Source: Octopus vulgaris
Lineage: Eukaryota
NCBI GenBank assembly: GCA_951406725.2
Contig: OX597817.1
Location: forward strand, 124,124,001-124,188,000
Direction: 5' to 3'
Length of the DNA: 64,000 nucleotides
The position numbers were made by a program, and so were the translations under genes. The notes below the pieces were generated by a model. That model was not told the origin of the DNA. It was given only the letters and a program-made list of their open reading frames with translations, and made no database searches. Positions 1-12,200 of this stretch are shown in pieces; positions within the stretch are counted from its first letter, which is position 1; every line of letters begins with the position of its first letter.

Positions 1-59
1 TATGCATATGTGGCAGGTGTTGCGGTTGTTTGGATATATATATATATATATAGAATTTT

Positions 60-576
60 TATATAGAGAAACTAAGGCGGGCGTTAGGGTAGGCGTTAGT
101 GAGTTTTAATGTGAAGATGGGGTTAAGACAGTTGTGTGATGTCTCCGTGGTTGTTTAATTTGTATATGGATGGTGTAGTGAGAGATGTAAATGCTAGAAC
201 CTTTGGTAGGGGAGCCCAAATAGTGGGAGAAAATAGAGAGAAATGGCAGATGAGTCAGTTGTTGTTTCTGGTGATACAGCACTGGTGGCGGATTCGGAAG
301 AGCAACTGAGGAGACTGGTCGTAGAGTTTGGAAGAGTGTGTGAGAGGAGGAAACTGAAAGTGAATGTAGCTAAGAGTAAGGTGATGAGATGTTCAGGAGA
401 TGGAATGGCTGGTAGGATGGATGTGAGTATAAGTGGTGAGATGTTAGAGAATGTGAGTGTTTTTAAGTATCAGCGATCACATGTGACGGCGGATGGGTGG
501 TTGGCTGAGGAAGTGGGATATAGAGTGAGGAAAAGGAGTAAGATACTTGGAGTTGTGAAAGGTATGCTGAGAGATA
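60..576 (+). mobile_element. Degenerate LINE reverse-transcriptase fragment (RTE/L2-like), cut by the assembly gap
   Basis: ORF 243-576 reads GDTALVADSEEQLRRLVVEFGRVCERRKLKVNVAKSKVM...LENVSVFKY, typical of the region after YADD in non-LTR RTs. Upstream bases resemble a decayed GLRQGC-SPWLFN motif. Confidence 0.8.
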
Positions 577-676
577 NNNNNNNNNNNNNNNNNNNNNNNN
601 NNNNNNNNNNNNNNNNNNNNNNNNNNNNNNNNNNNNNNNNNNNNNNNNNNNNNNNNNNNNNNNNNNNNNNNNNNNN
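577..676. other. Assembly gap (100 N) followed by (TA)n microsatellite
   Basis: Run of N; (TA)n at about 677-750. Confidence 0.99.
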
Positions 677-725
<49 letters not shown>

Positions 726-756
726 ATATACATATATATATATATATACATACAAT

Positions 757-993
757 AACGTAAGGTGTACTAGCCATCTGAATGTGGCTAGCCACTGGGG
801 GTGGGGGTGTTACTGATGCTTTTAGCCCCAGGTGATCAACATCACCAGATGGACTTTAGACACTATCTCAGTGCCCTTGTGTTATTTGCAAAGGGAGGTC
901 ATCCTCCTCGAAAACCTAAGTACTACATACGGACTATAGTTTCAAGGTAATTGCCTCTCGTCAACGCATGGTAAGCACCGGTCTTCGATGAAG
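757..993 (-). repeat. Partial hammerhead-repeat (retrozyme-like) monomer downstream of Tx1 copy 1
   Basis: Matches the 355-bp unit at 6518-6872. It begins on the minus strand with the target duplication at 976-993. Confidence 0.9.
926..970 (-). ncRNA. Type I hammerhead ribozyme motif (copy A)
   Basis: Minus strand reads CAUGCG-UUGACGA-GAGG caauua CCUU-GAA-AC uaua GU-C^-CGUAUG: stem I, core with C3U, stem II, GAAA, palindromic stem III, GUC cleavage triplet. Confidence 0.8.
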
Positions 994-1354
994 TTTTCTT
1001 TATTATGATCAATAGATCTAACATAGAATGGATACATTACAGGACAAAACAATTACAAAAATGCTATGCGAGTTCGAATGAAATTTTAAAAATTACAAAA
1101 TTAAAATTTTATGTCACTTGAACGAAAACTTGGCTTACTTTGCCTTGAAACGAAACCTTGGCTTACTTTTGCCTTTATCACGAGAACTTTTAGTGCGTAT
1201 GTTTTCTTTTCATTTCTTTTTTTTTATTATTAATTCTTTATTTTAAACAGTTATGTACAGTGAAAGGTAATGGGAGGTACCAGTTTCAATTTTGAACCCG
1301 GCAGCCTATAAATCCCAGCAGCTGATTTTTCTTTTCCTCGATGATTAAGCTGGG

Positions 1355-4300
1355 TTACTTCTCACCCACCTTTCTCATCACATCCTTCCAACGTTCCATA
1401 TACTCTTTCTGTGGCAGGCTCCTCTTCTCCAACCCCATCTTGCTCTTCAGATGATATCCGAAGTATTTTAACAAACCGGGGCCAGAGATAAAGGACCCTT
1501 TCACCAGACCTTCCACTCTAGTTCTCCATACACACTCTTTCAATACTGCCACCGTACAGTAAAAACAAGCCTTACCTTCCTTTGAGAGTCCAGTTGGCGG
1601 TATCATCTTAATCATAGATCCAGCCGACAGCTGTACTCGTCCCAGATGCGACAACACGTGTTCCACGTAACTTATCAAGCCTGACAGCTCCCGACATTGT
1701 ACAAAAGCGTGTTGAACGGTTTCATCGTCCAACCCACATCTTGGACACGTCGGTGGCACTGACATTCCGTGCCTGGATAACTTCTCGCGAACAGGTAATG
1801 CATTCCTATAGCACTGCCAGGTCAGGGATTTTTGGTAATTATCCAAATACCCCGGCCTGAAAGTCTTCTTAAACAGGTTGGAGAGTTGATCCTCATCGAA
1901 CCCCAGAGCCCTTCCTAGGACGTCGTCATTTTTCCTCCTACCAGCCCTTTATAGAACACCGAGGTGGTATTCCCGCTGCCGGCCTTACCCATCTTGTGGA
2001 TCAGCCAGAGTGCCTGTCGGCACTCCTTCTGCCATGAAGTCAGTTTACGTCCTTTAATGAGACCGGGTGTAAATCCCTCCATAGAGGCCGGTCGCGGGAA
2101 GAATTCCTCTGCCAGCGAACTCCACACCTTATCATCCTCCAGGTAACACCAGAGGTGTCTCAGCCTCAACGCATGCTTGCGCATCATTAGCCAAGGCATC
2201 CCCAGTCCACCCTTTAGCGGTTCCTGGCAACACACGGAGCGTCTCACAAGTGGCTTTCCTCCTTTCCACAAAAAGCGGAAAAGAAGTCGTTCCAACTTGT
2301 TTAACCACGAATCGGGGCAAGGCACGACGGTCAGGCGGTAGGTGACGACAGAGGCTATAAACATCTGTGCCACCTCCGCCCTCCCTTTCAAGGAAAGATG
2401 CCTTCCGGACCACTTCCGTACTATGGCATCCACCTTGCTCGTTACCTCGCTCCAATTCTTCTCCGTCTGGGAGTCTGGACCAAACCAGACTCCGAGCAAT
2501 TTAACAGGACCATCCGTCCAGTGTCCAACAACACTGGACGGTATCTGCTTGTTCCTCCAGGTGCCGAGGCGCAAACCGATGGACTTGTCCCTGTTAACTT
2601 TTGCCCCTGCCACCGCTTCGTATCTATGGAGAGCACCTACTACCCGAGGTAGCTGTGTTCCGTTGGACACGATGAGGGTGACGTCATCCGCATAGGCAGA
2701 AACAGACTTACCGCATCCGATTTCATTAGGGTTGCCTCCCAACTTCTCCAGCTTCCGCAGCAATGGCTCAAGAGCCAAAACATACAGGAGCGGGGACAAG
2801 GGGCACCCTTGACGAACTGAACGCTTGATCGAAAACGGCTCCGTTAGGTAACCGTTTATCTGGACTGTGGACTTGATGCCGCTGTACATAGCTGAGATCC
2901 ACCCGCAGAAGCCAGGGCCCAGCCCAGCCGCTTCGAGAACCGCCGCCAAGTACCGATGGTCCACCCTATCAAACGCTTTACTTTGGTCTAAATGGACCAA
3001 TGCCCCTCCTTTGCCGTCTAATTTCCCGACCCTATCTATAGTGTAGCGGAGAAGGTGAAGATTATCCTGGATCGACCTGCCTGGGATTGCACATGTCTGT
3101 GCCTTCCCGACAAGTTTCTTCACGACAGCCGTCAACCTTTTTGCTAACACCTTGGCCAAAATCTTAAACTCTACATTAAGTAGAGTTATGGGCCTGTAAT
3201 TACTAATACTGTCCCCCTTGCTCCGGGTCTTTCTGGACCAGCGTCACAACTCCCCGACTCACAGAGCTGGGAATCCTCCCATTCTGTTGCCAGTTTGCAT
3301 AGACGCTTGCCAGTATGTCCCCGAACAAGTCCGGCATACAACAATAAAATTCATAGGGTAGACCATCCAATCCCGGTGACTTTTCCCCGGCGCACTCGGC
3401 CATAACCCCTCTTACCTCTGCGGGAGAGATCGATCCTTCACAGCACTCCGCCTCACCTGCCGAGAGCCGAGGCCCACCAGCTAGGAAGTCCTTTAAGGTC
3501 TCCCCACGCTCGAGCGGGCTACCGCCCCCAAACAGCCGTGCGAAATGCTGGTGAAGGACCTTCTGCATCTCCTCCTGTCCATAGATCTTGCGGTCCTGCT
3601 CGTCAGTTAAGGACATAATACAGGACTTTTTGCCCTTCTGACTCTCCTCACGACGGGCCCATCCGGCAACGTTAATACCTTCTCGTTTTCCTGCACGTAA
3701 CTTTAGCTCTGACTCTACACCCCTCGTGCTTGGCGTTGAGGTGACGGTACAATACCGCTCTCGCTGCCAACACTCCGGATGCACAGCCAGATTCCATAGC
3801 CTCGTCTAAGTTCTTAACTAATTCGCCCTCTATTCTAGTCCTATCTAAACTTAGCTGCTTGCTAAATCTAATGGACTCCAAACGGATGGCTCTTTTGAGG
3901 GCGTGCCACCATCTATTATTAATGATGGTGCCACATAATGCCCTCTGTACTAATTCCTTAATCCGGGTACGGAAAGCTTCACAGGTCAAAATAGACTTGT
4001 TCATCTTCCAGTACCCGGGACCTTGTCTATGGCATTTATCTACATGTACCTCACACGTTACAAGTTTGTGATCCGTGTAAGGCACAACAGAGAATTGTGG
4101 ACAGCTAACACTATTCCTATCTCGTTCCTTAACAAATACTCTATCTATGTACGATCTGAGTGAGCCGTCGTTATTACTCCACGTCCACTGTGGAACGTTC
4201 GGCTCATCCAGTCGAAAACGGTCTACTAGATTAAAGCTCGCTAGTAGAGCCTTGAGGCCAGGATTCCCCTTCCTATCGCTCGAGCCTACACCATCCACCC

Positions 4301-4737
4301 GCGCATCGAGAATGGTGTTGAAATCCCCTACCAAGACTACCGTTTTGGACGTCACTAGAAAGTGCTCCAGTTCCCGATAAAAACCGGTCTGCCCACGTCC
4401 GTTAGGAGCGTAGACAGCCACCAACCTGAAGGACTGCTTACTCACGTGCGTCACATCTAGGACAACCAGCCTACCTTCTGGGTCCAAAAAGACAGTACTT
4501 ACCTGTAAGTCCAAGTTCTTCCCTGAAAAGAACTGCCACGCCTGCACCTCCCCCTCGGCTAGGAGAAATAAATTTCTCGTAACCATTGAGAAGTGGTGAG
4601 AACGCTTGCGGTCCCTTCATCTTGGACTCGGTAACAATAGCTACTTCGATTCTATGTGAAATGAGGTCGTCACGAAAACAAGCCTGTTTCCATTTCGATC
4701 CCATTCCACGCACATTTATACAACCTAACTTAATCAT
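1355..4737 (-). CDS. Tx1 ORF2p (APE endonuclease, reverse transcriptase, C-terminal CCHC), split by about four single-base indels
   Basis: ORF pieces 4471-4737, 3672-4586, 3203-3784, 1915-3159 and 1355-1846. Motifs INVRG, GDFN, YIDRVF, TDH, LDQSKAFDRV, RQGCPLSP, YADD, CPRC..ETVQHAFVQC. Confidence 0.9.
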
Positions 4738-4759
4738 CGAGAAAAAGAAAATTATTTAC

Positions 4760-6265
4760 TCACGGTTGCGAGAGGGAGCCTGACAGATTCTTTCTGCCTG
4801 TCTCCCCCCCACTCGCCGTTGCTGCTGGGTGTTTCACCGGCGTTGCCACCGGGCTCTGGGTTGGTGTGGCTGCCGGGCTAACGGGTAATTTCCCAGTTGT
4901 CACCTCCTGGGTGACATCCTTAATGAAGCCGGCTTTTACGTGGCTTTGTAAGGTTTTGTCTTTCCATCCTTCTTCGCCGACCCTTCCATATCGCCACTCC
5001 GCTTCCTTCTCGGTCGCTTTGTAGCACCTGATCAGCGTACTTGCTTTCACCCATGTTTCTACTCTCACGTTCTTTGTGGTGTATGCAATAATTTTTTCGT
5101 TGGGTTTAAACCCTTTTACAGTTGGGGGGTGGGGTTTGTTAAAGTGCTGGCCTATAAGTGTAGTACCGCCGGGGTGGGATTGGAGAATATTTTTAATTTG
5201 TTCGTCTGCGTTGTTTTTTTTTTTTGATACGGGTGGGGAGTCAGGGGTGATGGATTTTTCCTTTTGTTGGACACGTTCGTAAATTCCATGTCTTCTTGTT
5301 TATTTGTTTTTGTTGCATTATTTTCCTCATCCTTTCCTTTCTCATTTTGCATTTCGTTCTTGTCTTCCTCCTTTTTGGAGTTCGACCTGTTTATTTTTTC
5401 CTCCTTGTTTTCGCCAGCCGTTACTTTTTTCTCCACTTTGCTGCTTTCTGCGTTCTTCACAGCGTTTTGTGGGGGGGCGTTGCCCGCATTATTTTTTTTT
5501 GTGCAAACAGAGCGAACGTGGCCCTTTTGCCCGCACTTAAAACATCTGGGCCTGCGTCCTTCCACCGAAACTCGTATGGAGTGCCCCTCCCCCACGAAGA
5601 CTCTGTCTGGTAGGCTTTCCAACGTCGCATTTTCCGCCTGGATTATCATCTCCAGCTGCTGGCCTCTCCAGTGTTTTGCAATTTTTCTCTTCATACTTAA
5701 AATTGTCAATTTTGATTCAACATCAAAAATGACCGCTGTTGCCGCCCACATCACGTCGTAGCCCGTTGGTATATCTTCTAGGGTCACTTTTGCGGTTCTG
5801 CATCCTAAATATAAGGGTAGCAGTATTATACTCTCGTTTTTCAACGTTTGTGTCGAAATTTGCCTTGCTACTTCCGCCGTTTCAAAATGCGCCTCCACTG
5901 TAGCGCTTCTTGCACCTCGGTTGACATGACTAACTTTACTCCATATTGGAGCCATACACTTTTCGACCATTTCGTTTTTCACGTCGGTCATTCGTTTTTC
6001 CTTGATATTGTACACCCTGTAGGTGACCATTTTTTCCTTTATTGCTTGTATAGTTTCGGGGGCGGTACCAATCGTGTTTCTTCACCACTTTTTTGCACCA
6101 GCGATCTAAACTTGAATAATCTTTCCATTGATACCTCCATTTCTTCGACTTCGCCACCTACGGCGTCTGAAAAACTGGGTTTTGTCTGTGTTTCCTTTTG
6201 TTTAACAGTTGTTATACTTTCTCCCATCTCGGGAAAGTCTTTTTTGAACTTAAGTCTAATTCCAT
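4760..6265 (-). CDS. Tx1 ORF1p (gag-like, zinc knuckle), frameshifted
   Basis: ORF pieces 6039-6227, 5152-6030 and 4760-5068. CFKCGQKGHVRSVC (CX2CX4HX4C) is followed by a K/E/N-rich low-complexity region. Confidence 0.82.
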
Positions 6266-6517
6266 ATTAGACAACACAAACTTGTCACAAATGACAAGAG
6301 AATTTTTTTTTTCCAAAAATAACCTATACAGGTTAAGAGTTCACACAAAACAGCACACAGAAATTTTCTACCCCGAAGGGCGAAAATTACTGGGTCAAAA
6401 ACAGTTCAACAATGATATTACTTGTAACACGACAGAGTAGACAAACGGAAACGAACTCACACAACGATTTGCAGCAACAGAAAAATATTGGTATACACCG
6501 AGGAAAAATTCAAAAAA

Positions 6518-6944
6518 CACCGGTCTTCGATGAAGGAGTCCCCTTGCAAATAATATATAACGTTTTTCACAGCAACCACTGTCACTGATTTAGAAAAACT
6601 GTCTGAAAGCAATAATAAATCTCTGAACGAGATATAAACAGTAACCGCTCGACAACGTAAGGTGTACTAGCCATCTGAATGTGGCTAGCCACTGGGGGTG
6701 GGGTGTTACTGATGCTTTTAGCCCCAGGCGATCAACGTCACCAGATGGACTTTAGACACTATCTCAGTGCTCTTGTGTTATTTGCAAAGGGAGGTCATCC
6801 TCCCTCGAAGACCTAAGTACTACATACGGACTATAGTTTCAAGGTAATTGCCTCTCATTAACGCATGGTAAGCACCGGTCTTCGATGAAGGAGTCCCCTT
6901 GCAAATAATATATAACGTTTTTCACAGCAACCACTGTCACTGAT
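6518..6944 (-). repeat. Hammerhead-repeat array upstream of copy 1 (one 355-bp unit plus a partial unit)
   Basis: CACCGGTCTTCGATGAAG recurs at 6518 and 6873 (period 355). The site at 6873-6890 is an empty target. Confidence 0.9.
6823..6867 (-). ncRNA. Hammerhead motif copy B, core mutated (UUAAUGA)
   Basis: Same stems as the other copies, but G5 is replaced by A, so probably inactive. Confidence 0.65.
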
Positions 6945-7484
6945 AGCATCAGTAACACCCCACCCCAGCGGCTAGCCACATTCAGATGGCTAGTACACCT
7001 TACGTTGTCGAGCGGTTACTGTTTATATCTCATTCAGAGATTTATTATTGCTTTCAGACAGTTTTTCTAAATCAGTGACAGTGGTTGCTGTGAAAAACGT
7101 TATATATTATTTGCAAGGGGACTCCTTCATCGAAGACCGGTGCTTACCATGCGTTGACGAGAGGCAATTACCTTGAAACTATAGTCCGTATATAGTACTT
7201 AGGTCTTCGAGGGAAGATGGCAAATAACACTGAGCACTGAGATGTGTCTAAAGTCCATCTGGTGACGTTGATCGCCTGGGGCTAAAAGCATCAGTAACAC
7301 CCCACCCCCAGTGGCCCACATTCAGATGGCTAGTATACCTTACGTTGTTGAGCGGTTACTGTTTATATCTCGTTCAGAGATTTATTATTGCTTTCAGACA
7401 GTTTTTCTAAATCAGTGACAGTGGTTGCTGTGAAAAACGTTAAATATATTATTTGCAAGGGGACTCCTTCATCGAAGACCGGTG
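6945..7484 (+). repeat. Hammerhead-repeat array upstream of copy 2 (partial unit plus one ~342-bp unit with small deletions)
   Basis: CTTCATCGAAGACCGGTG occurs at 7125-7142 (empty site) and 7467-7484 (5' target duplication). Confidence 0.9.
7148..7192 (+). ncRNA. Type I hammerhead ribozyme motif (copy C)
   Basis: CATGCG 7148-53, TTGACGA 7154-60, GAGG-caatta-CCTT 7161-74, GAAAC-tata-GTC 7175-86, CGTATA 7187-92. Predicted cut after 7186. Confidence 0.78.
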
Positions 7485-7735
7485 TTTTTTGAATTTTCCT
7501 CGGTGTATACCAATATTTTTCTGTTGCTGCAAATCGTTGTGTGAGTTCGTTTCCGTTTGTCTACTCTGTCGTGTTACAAGTAATATCATTGTTGAACTGT
7601 TTTTGACCCAGTAATTTTCGCCCTTCGGGGTAGAAAATTTCTGTGTGCTGTTTTGTGTGAACTCTTAACCTGTATAGGTTATTTTTGGAAAAAAAAAATT
7701 CTCTTGTCATTTGTGACAAGTTTGTGTTGTCTAAT

Positions 7736-9248
7736 ATGGAATTAGACTTAAGTTCAAAAAAAGACTTTCCCGAGATGGGAGAAAGTATAACAACTGTTAA
7801 ACAAAAGGAAACACAGACAAAACCCAGTTTTTCAGACGCCGTAGGTGGCGAAGTCGAAGAAATGGAGGTATCAATGGAAAGATTATTCAAGTTTAGATCG
7901 CTGGTGCAAAAAAGTGGTGAAGAAACACGATTGGTACCGCCCCCGAAACTATACAAGCAATAAAGGAAAAAATGGTCACCTACAGGGTGTACAATATCAA
8001 GGAAAAACGAATGACCGACGTGAAAAACGAAATGGTCGAAAAGTGTATGGCTCCAATATGGAGTAAAGTTAGTCATGTCAACCGAGGTGCAAGAAGCGCT
8101 ACAGTGGAGGCGCATTTTGAAACGGCGGAAGTAGCAAGGCAAATTTCGACACAAACGTTGAAAAACGAGAGTATAATACTGCTACCCTTATATTTAGGAT
8201 GCAGAACCGCAAAAGTGACCCTAGAAGATATACCAACGGGCTACGACGTGATGTGGGCGGCAACAGCGGTCATTTTTGATGTTGAATCAAAATTGACAAT
8301 TTTAAGTATGAAGAGAAAATTGCAAAACACTGGAGAGGCCAGCAGCTGGAGATGATAATCCAGGCGGAAAATGCGACGTTGGAAAGCCTACCAGACAGAG
8401 TCTTCGTGGGGGAGGGGCACTCCATACGAGTTTCGGTGGAAGGACGCAGGCCCAGATGTTTTAAGTGCGGGCAAAAGGGCCACGTTCGCTCTGTTTGCAC
8501 AAAAAAAAATAATGCGGGCAACGCCCCCCCACAAAACGCTGTGAAGAACGCAGAAGCAGCAAAGTGGAGAAAAAAGTAACGGCTGGCGAAAACAAGGAGG
8601 AAAAAATAAACAGGTCGAACTCCAAAAAGGAGGAAGACAAGAACGAAATGCAAAATGAGAAAGGAAAGGATGAGGAAAATAATGCAACAAAAACAAATAA
8701 ACAAGAAGACATGGAATTTACGAACGTGTCCAACAAAAGGAAAATATCCATCACCCCTGACTCCCCACCCGTATCAAAAAAAAAACAACGCAGACGAACA
8801 AATTAAAAATATTCTCCAATCCCACCCCGGCGGTACTACACTTATAGGCCAGCACTTTAACAAACCCCACCCCCCAACTGTAAAAGGGTTTAAACCCAAC
8901 GAAAAAATTATTGCATACACCACAAAGAACGTGAGAGTAGAAACATGGGTGAAAGCAAGTACGCTGATCAGGTGCTACAAAGCGACCGAGAAGGAAGCGG
9001 AGTGGCGATATGGAAGGGTCGGCGAAGAAGGATGGAAAGACAAAACCTTACAAAGCCACGTAAAAGCCGGCTTCATTAAGGATGTCACCCAGGAGGTGAC
9101 AACTGGGAAATTACCCGTTAGCCCGGCAGCCACACCAACCCAGAGCCCGGTGGCAACGCCGGTGAAACACCCAGCAGCAACGGCGAGTGGGGGGGGGGGG
9201 AGACAGGCAGAAAGAATCTGTCAGGCTCCCTCTCGCAACCGTGAGTAA
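7736..9248 (+). CDS. Tx1 ORF1p (zinc knuckle), frameshifted
   Basis: ATG at 7736. ORF pieces 7685-7963, 7972-8355, 8352-8579, 8564-8806 and 8655-9248. CX2CX4HX4C knuckle. Confidence 0.82.
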
Positions 9249-9267
9249 ATAATTTTCTTTTTTCTCG

Positions 9268-12200
9268 ATGATTAAGTTAGGTTGTATAAATGTGCGTGGA
9301 ATGGGATCGAAATGGAAACAGGCTTGTTTTCGTGACGACCTCATTTCACATAGAATCGAAGTAGCTATTGTTACCGAGTCCAAGATGAAGGGACCGCAAG
9401 CGTTCTCACCACTTCTCAATGGTTACGAGAAATTTATTTCTCCTAGCCGAGGGGGAGGTGCAGGCGTGGCAGTTCTTTTCAGGAAGAACTTGGACTTACA
9501 GGTAAGTACTGTCTTTTTGGACCCAGAAGGTAGGCTGGTTGTCCTAGATGTGACGCACGTGAGTAAGCAGTCCTTCAGGTTGGTGGCTGTCTACGCTCCT
9601 AACGGACGTGGGCAGACCGGTTTTTATCGGGAACTGGAGCACTTTCTAGTGACGTCCAAAACGGTAGTCTTGGTAGGGGATTTCAACACCATTCTCGATG
9701 CGCGGGTGGATGGTGTAGGCTCGAGCGATAGGAAGGGGAATCCTGGCCTCAAGGCTCTACTAGCGAGCTTTAATCTAGTAGACCGTTTTCGACTGGATGA
9801 GCCGAACGTTCCACAGTGGACGTGGAGTAATAACGACGGCTCACTCAGATCGTACATAGATAGAGTATTTGTTAAGGAACGAGATAGGAATAGTGTTAGC
9901 TGTCCACAATTCTCTGTTGTGCCTTACACGGATCACAAACTTGTAACGTGTGAGGTACATGTAGATAAATGCCATAGACAAGGTCCCGGGTACTGGAAGA
10001 TGAACAAGTCTATTTTGACCTGTGAAGCTTTCCGTACCCGGATTAAGGAATTAGTACAGAGGGCATTATGTGGCACCATCATTAATAATAGATGGTGGCA
10101 CGCCCTCAAAAGAGCCATCCGTTTGGAGTCCATTAGATTTAGCAAGCAGCTAAGTTTAGATAGGACTAGAATAGAGGGCGAATTAGTTAAGAACTTAGAC
10201 GAGGCTATGGAATCTGGCTGTGCATCCGGAGTGTTGGCAGCGAGAGCGGTATTGTACCGTCACCTCAACGCCAAGCACGAGGGGTGTAGAGTCAGAGCTA
10301 AGTTACGTGCAGGAAAACGAGAAGGTATTAACGTTGCCGGATGGGCCCGTCGTGAGGAGAGTCAGAAGGGCAAAAAGTCCTGTATTATGTCCTTAACTGA
10401 CGAGCAGGACCGCAAGATCTATGGACAGGAGGAGATGCAGAAGGTCCTTCACCAGCATTTCGCACGGCTGTTTGGGGGCGGTGCCCGCTCGAGCGTGGGG
10501 AGACCTTAAAGGACTTCCTAGCTGGTGGGCCTCGGCTCTCGGCAGGTGTGGCGGAGTGCTGTGAAGGATCGATCTCTCCCGCAGAGGTAAGAGGGGTTAT
10601 GGCCGAGTGCGCCGGGGAAAAGTCACCGGGATTGGATGGTCTACCCTATGAATTTTATTGTTGTATGCCGGACTTGTTCGGGGACATACTGGCAAGCGTC
10701 TATGCAAACTGGCAACAGAATGGGAGGATTCCCAGCTCTGTGAGTCGGGGAGTTGTGACGCTGGTCCAGAAAGACCCGAGCAAGGGGGACAGTATTAGTA
10801 ATTACAGGCCCATAACTCTACTTAATGTAGAGTTTAAGATTTTGGCCAAGGTGTTAGCAAAAAGGTTGACGGCTGTCGTGAAGAAACTTGTCGGGAAGGC
10901 ACAGACATGTGCAATCCCAGGCAGGTCGATCCAGGATAATCTTCACCTTCTCCGCTACACTATAGATAGGGTCGGGAAATTAGACGGCAAAGGAGGGGCA
11001 TTGGTCCATTTAGACCAAAGTAAAGCGTTTGATAGGGTGGACCATCGGTACTTGGCGGCGGTTCTCGAAGCGGCTGGGCTGGGCCCTGGCTTCTGCGGGT
11101 GGATCTCAGCTATGTACAGCGGCATCAAGTCCACAGTCCAGATAAACGGTTACCTAACGGAGCCGTTTTCGATCAAGCGTTCAGTTCGTCAAGGGTGCCC
11201 CTTGTCCCCGCTCCTGTATGTTTTGGCTCTTGAGCCATTGCTGCGGAAGCTGGAGAAGTTGGGAGGCAACCCTAATGAAATCGGATGCGGTAAGTCTGTT
11301 TCTGCCTATGCGGATGACGTCACCCTCATCGTGTCCAACGGAACACAGCTACCTCGGGTAGTAGGTGCTCTCCATAGATACGAAGCGGTGGCAGGGGCAA
11401 AAGTTAACAGGGACAAGTCCATCGGTTTGCGCCTCGGCACCTGGAGGAACAAGCAGATACCGTCCAGTGTTGTTGGACACTGGACGGATGGTCCTGTTAA
11501 ATTGCTCGGAGTCTGGTTTGGTCCAGACTCCCAGACGGAGAAGAATTGGAGCGAGGTAACGAGCAAGGTGGATGCCATAGTACGGAAGTGGTCCGGAAGG
11601 CATCTTTCCTTGAAAGGGAGGGCGGAGGTGGCACAGATGTTTATAGCCTCTGTCGTCACCTACCGCCTGACCGTCGTGCCTTGCCCCGATTCGTGGTTAA
11701 ACAAGTTGGAACGACTTCTTTTCCGCTTTTTGTGGAAAGGAGGAAAGCCACTTGTGAGACGCTCCGTGTGTTGCCAGGAACCGCTAAAGGGTGGACTGGG
11801 GATGCCTTGGCTAATGATGCGCAAGCATGCGTTGAGGCTGAGACACCTCTGGTGTTACCTGGAGGATGATAAGGTGTGGAGTTCGCTGGCAGAGGAATTC
11901 TTCCCGCGACCGGCCTCTATGGAGGGATTTACACCCGGTCTCATTAAAGGACGTAAACTGACTTCATGGCAGAAGGAGTGCCGACAGGCACTCTGGCTGA
12001 TCCACAAGATGGGTAAGGCCGGCAGCGGGAATACCACCTCGGTGTTCTATAAAGGGCTGGTAGGAGGAAAAAATGACGACGTCCTAGGAAGGGCTCTGGG
12101 GTTCGATGAGGATCAACTCTCCAACCTGTTTAAGAAGACTTTCAGGCCGGGGTATTTGGATAATTACCAAAAATCCCTGACCTGGCAGTGCTATAGGAAT

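Larger units (their letters stand above)
994..6517 (-). mobile_element. Full-length Tx1/L1-clade non-LTR retrotransposon, copy 1 (~5.52 kb)
   Basis: ORF1 with CCHC knuckle and ORF2 with APE+RT+CCHC. Flanked by the 18-bp direct repeat CACCGGTCTTCGATGAAG at 976-993 and 6518-6535. Confidence 0.93.

Noticed and set aside
800-830. CTGATG on the opposite strand of the repeat as a second hammerhead core
   Set aside because: It reads CTGATGC, with no stem II plus GAAA following.
6518-7484. Repeat unit as an snRNA, tRNA, 5S or spliced-leader gene (the usual Tx1 targets)
   Set aside because: I see no similarity to U1/U2/U4/U5/U6, 5S or a tRNA cloverleaf, and the hammerhead topology fits better. An Rfam search would confirm.
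1964-12037. Short antisense and alternative-frame ORFs inside the Tx1 copies
   Set aside because: Shadow ORFs with no domains; they repeat only because the element is duplicated.
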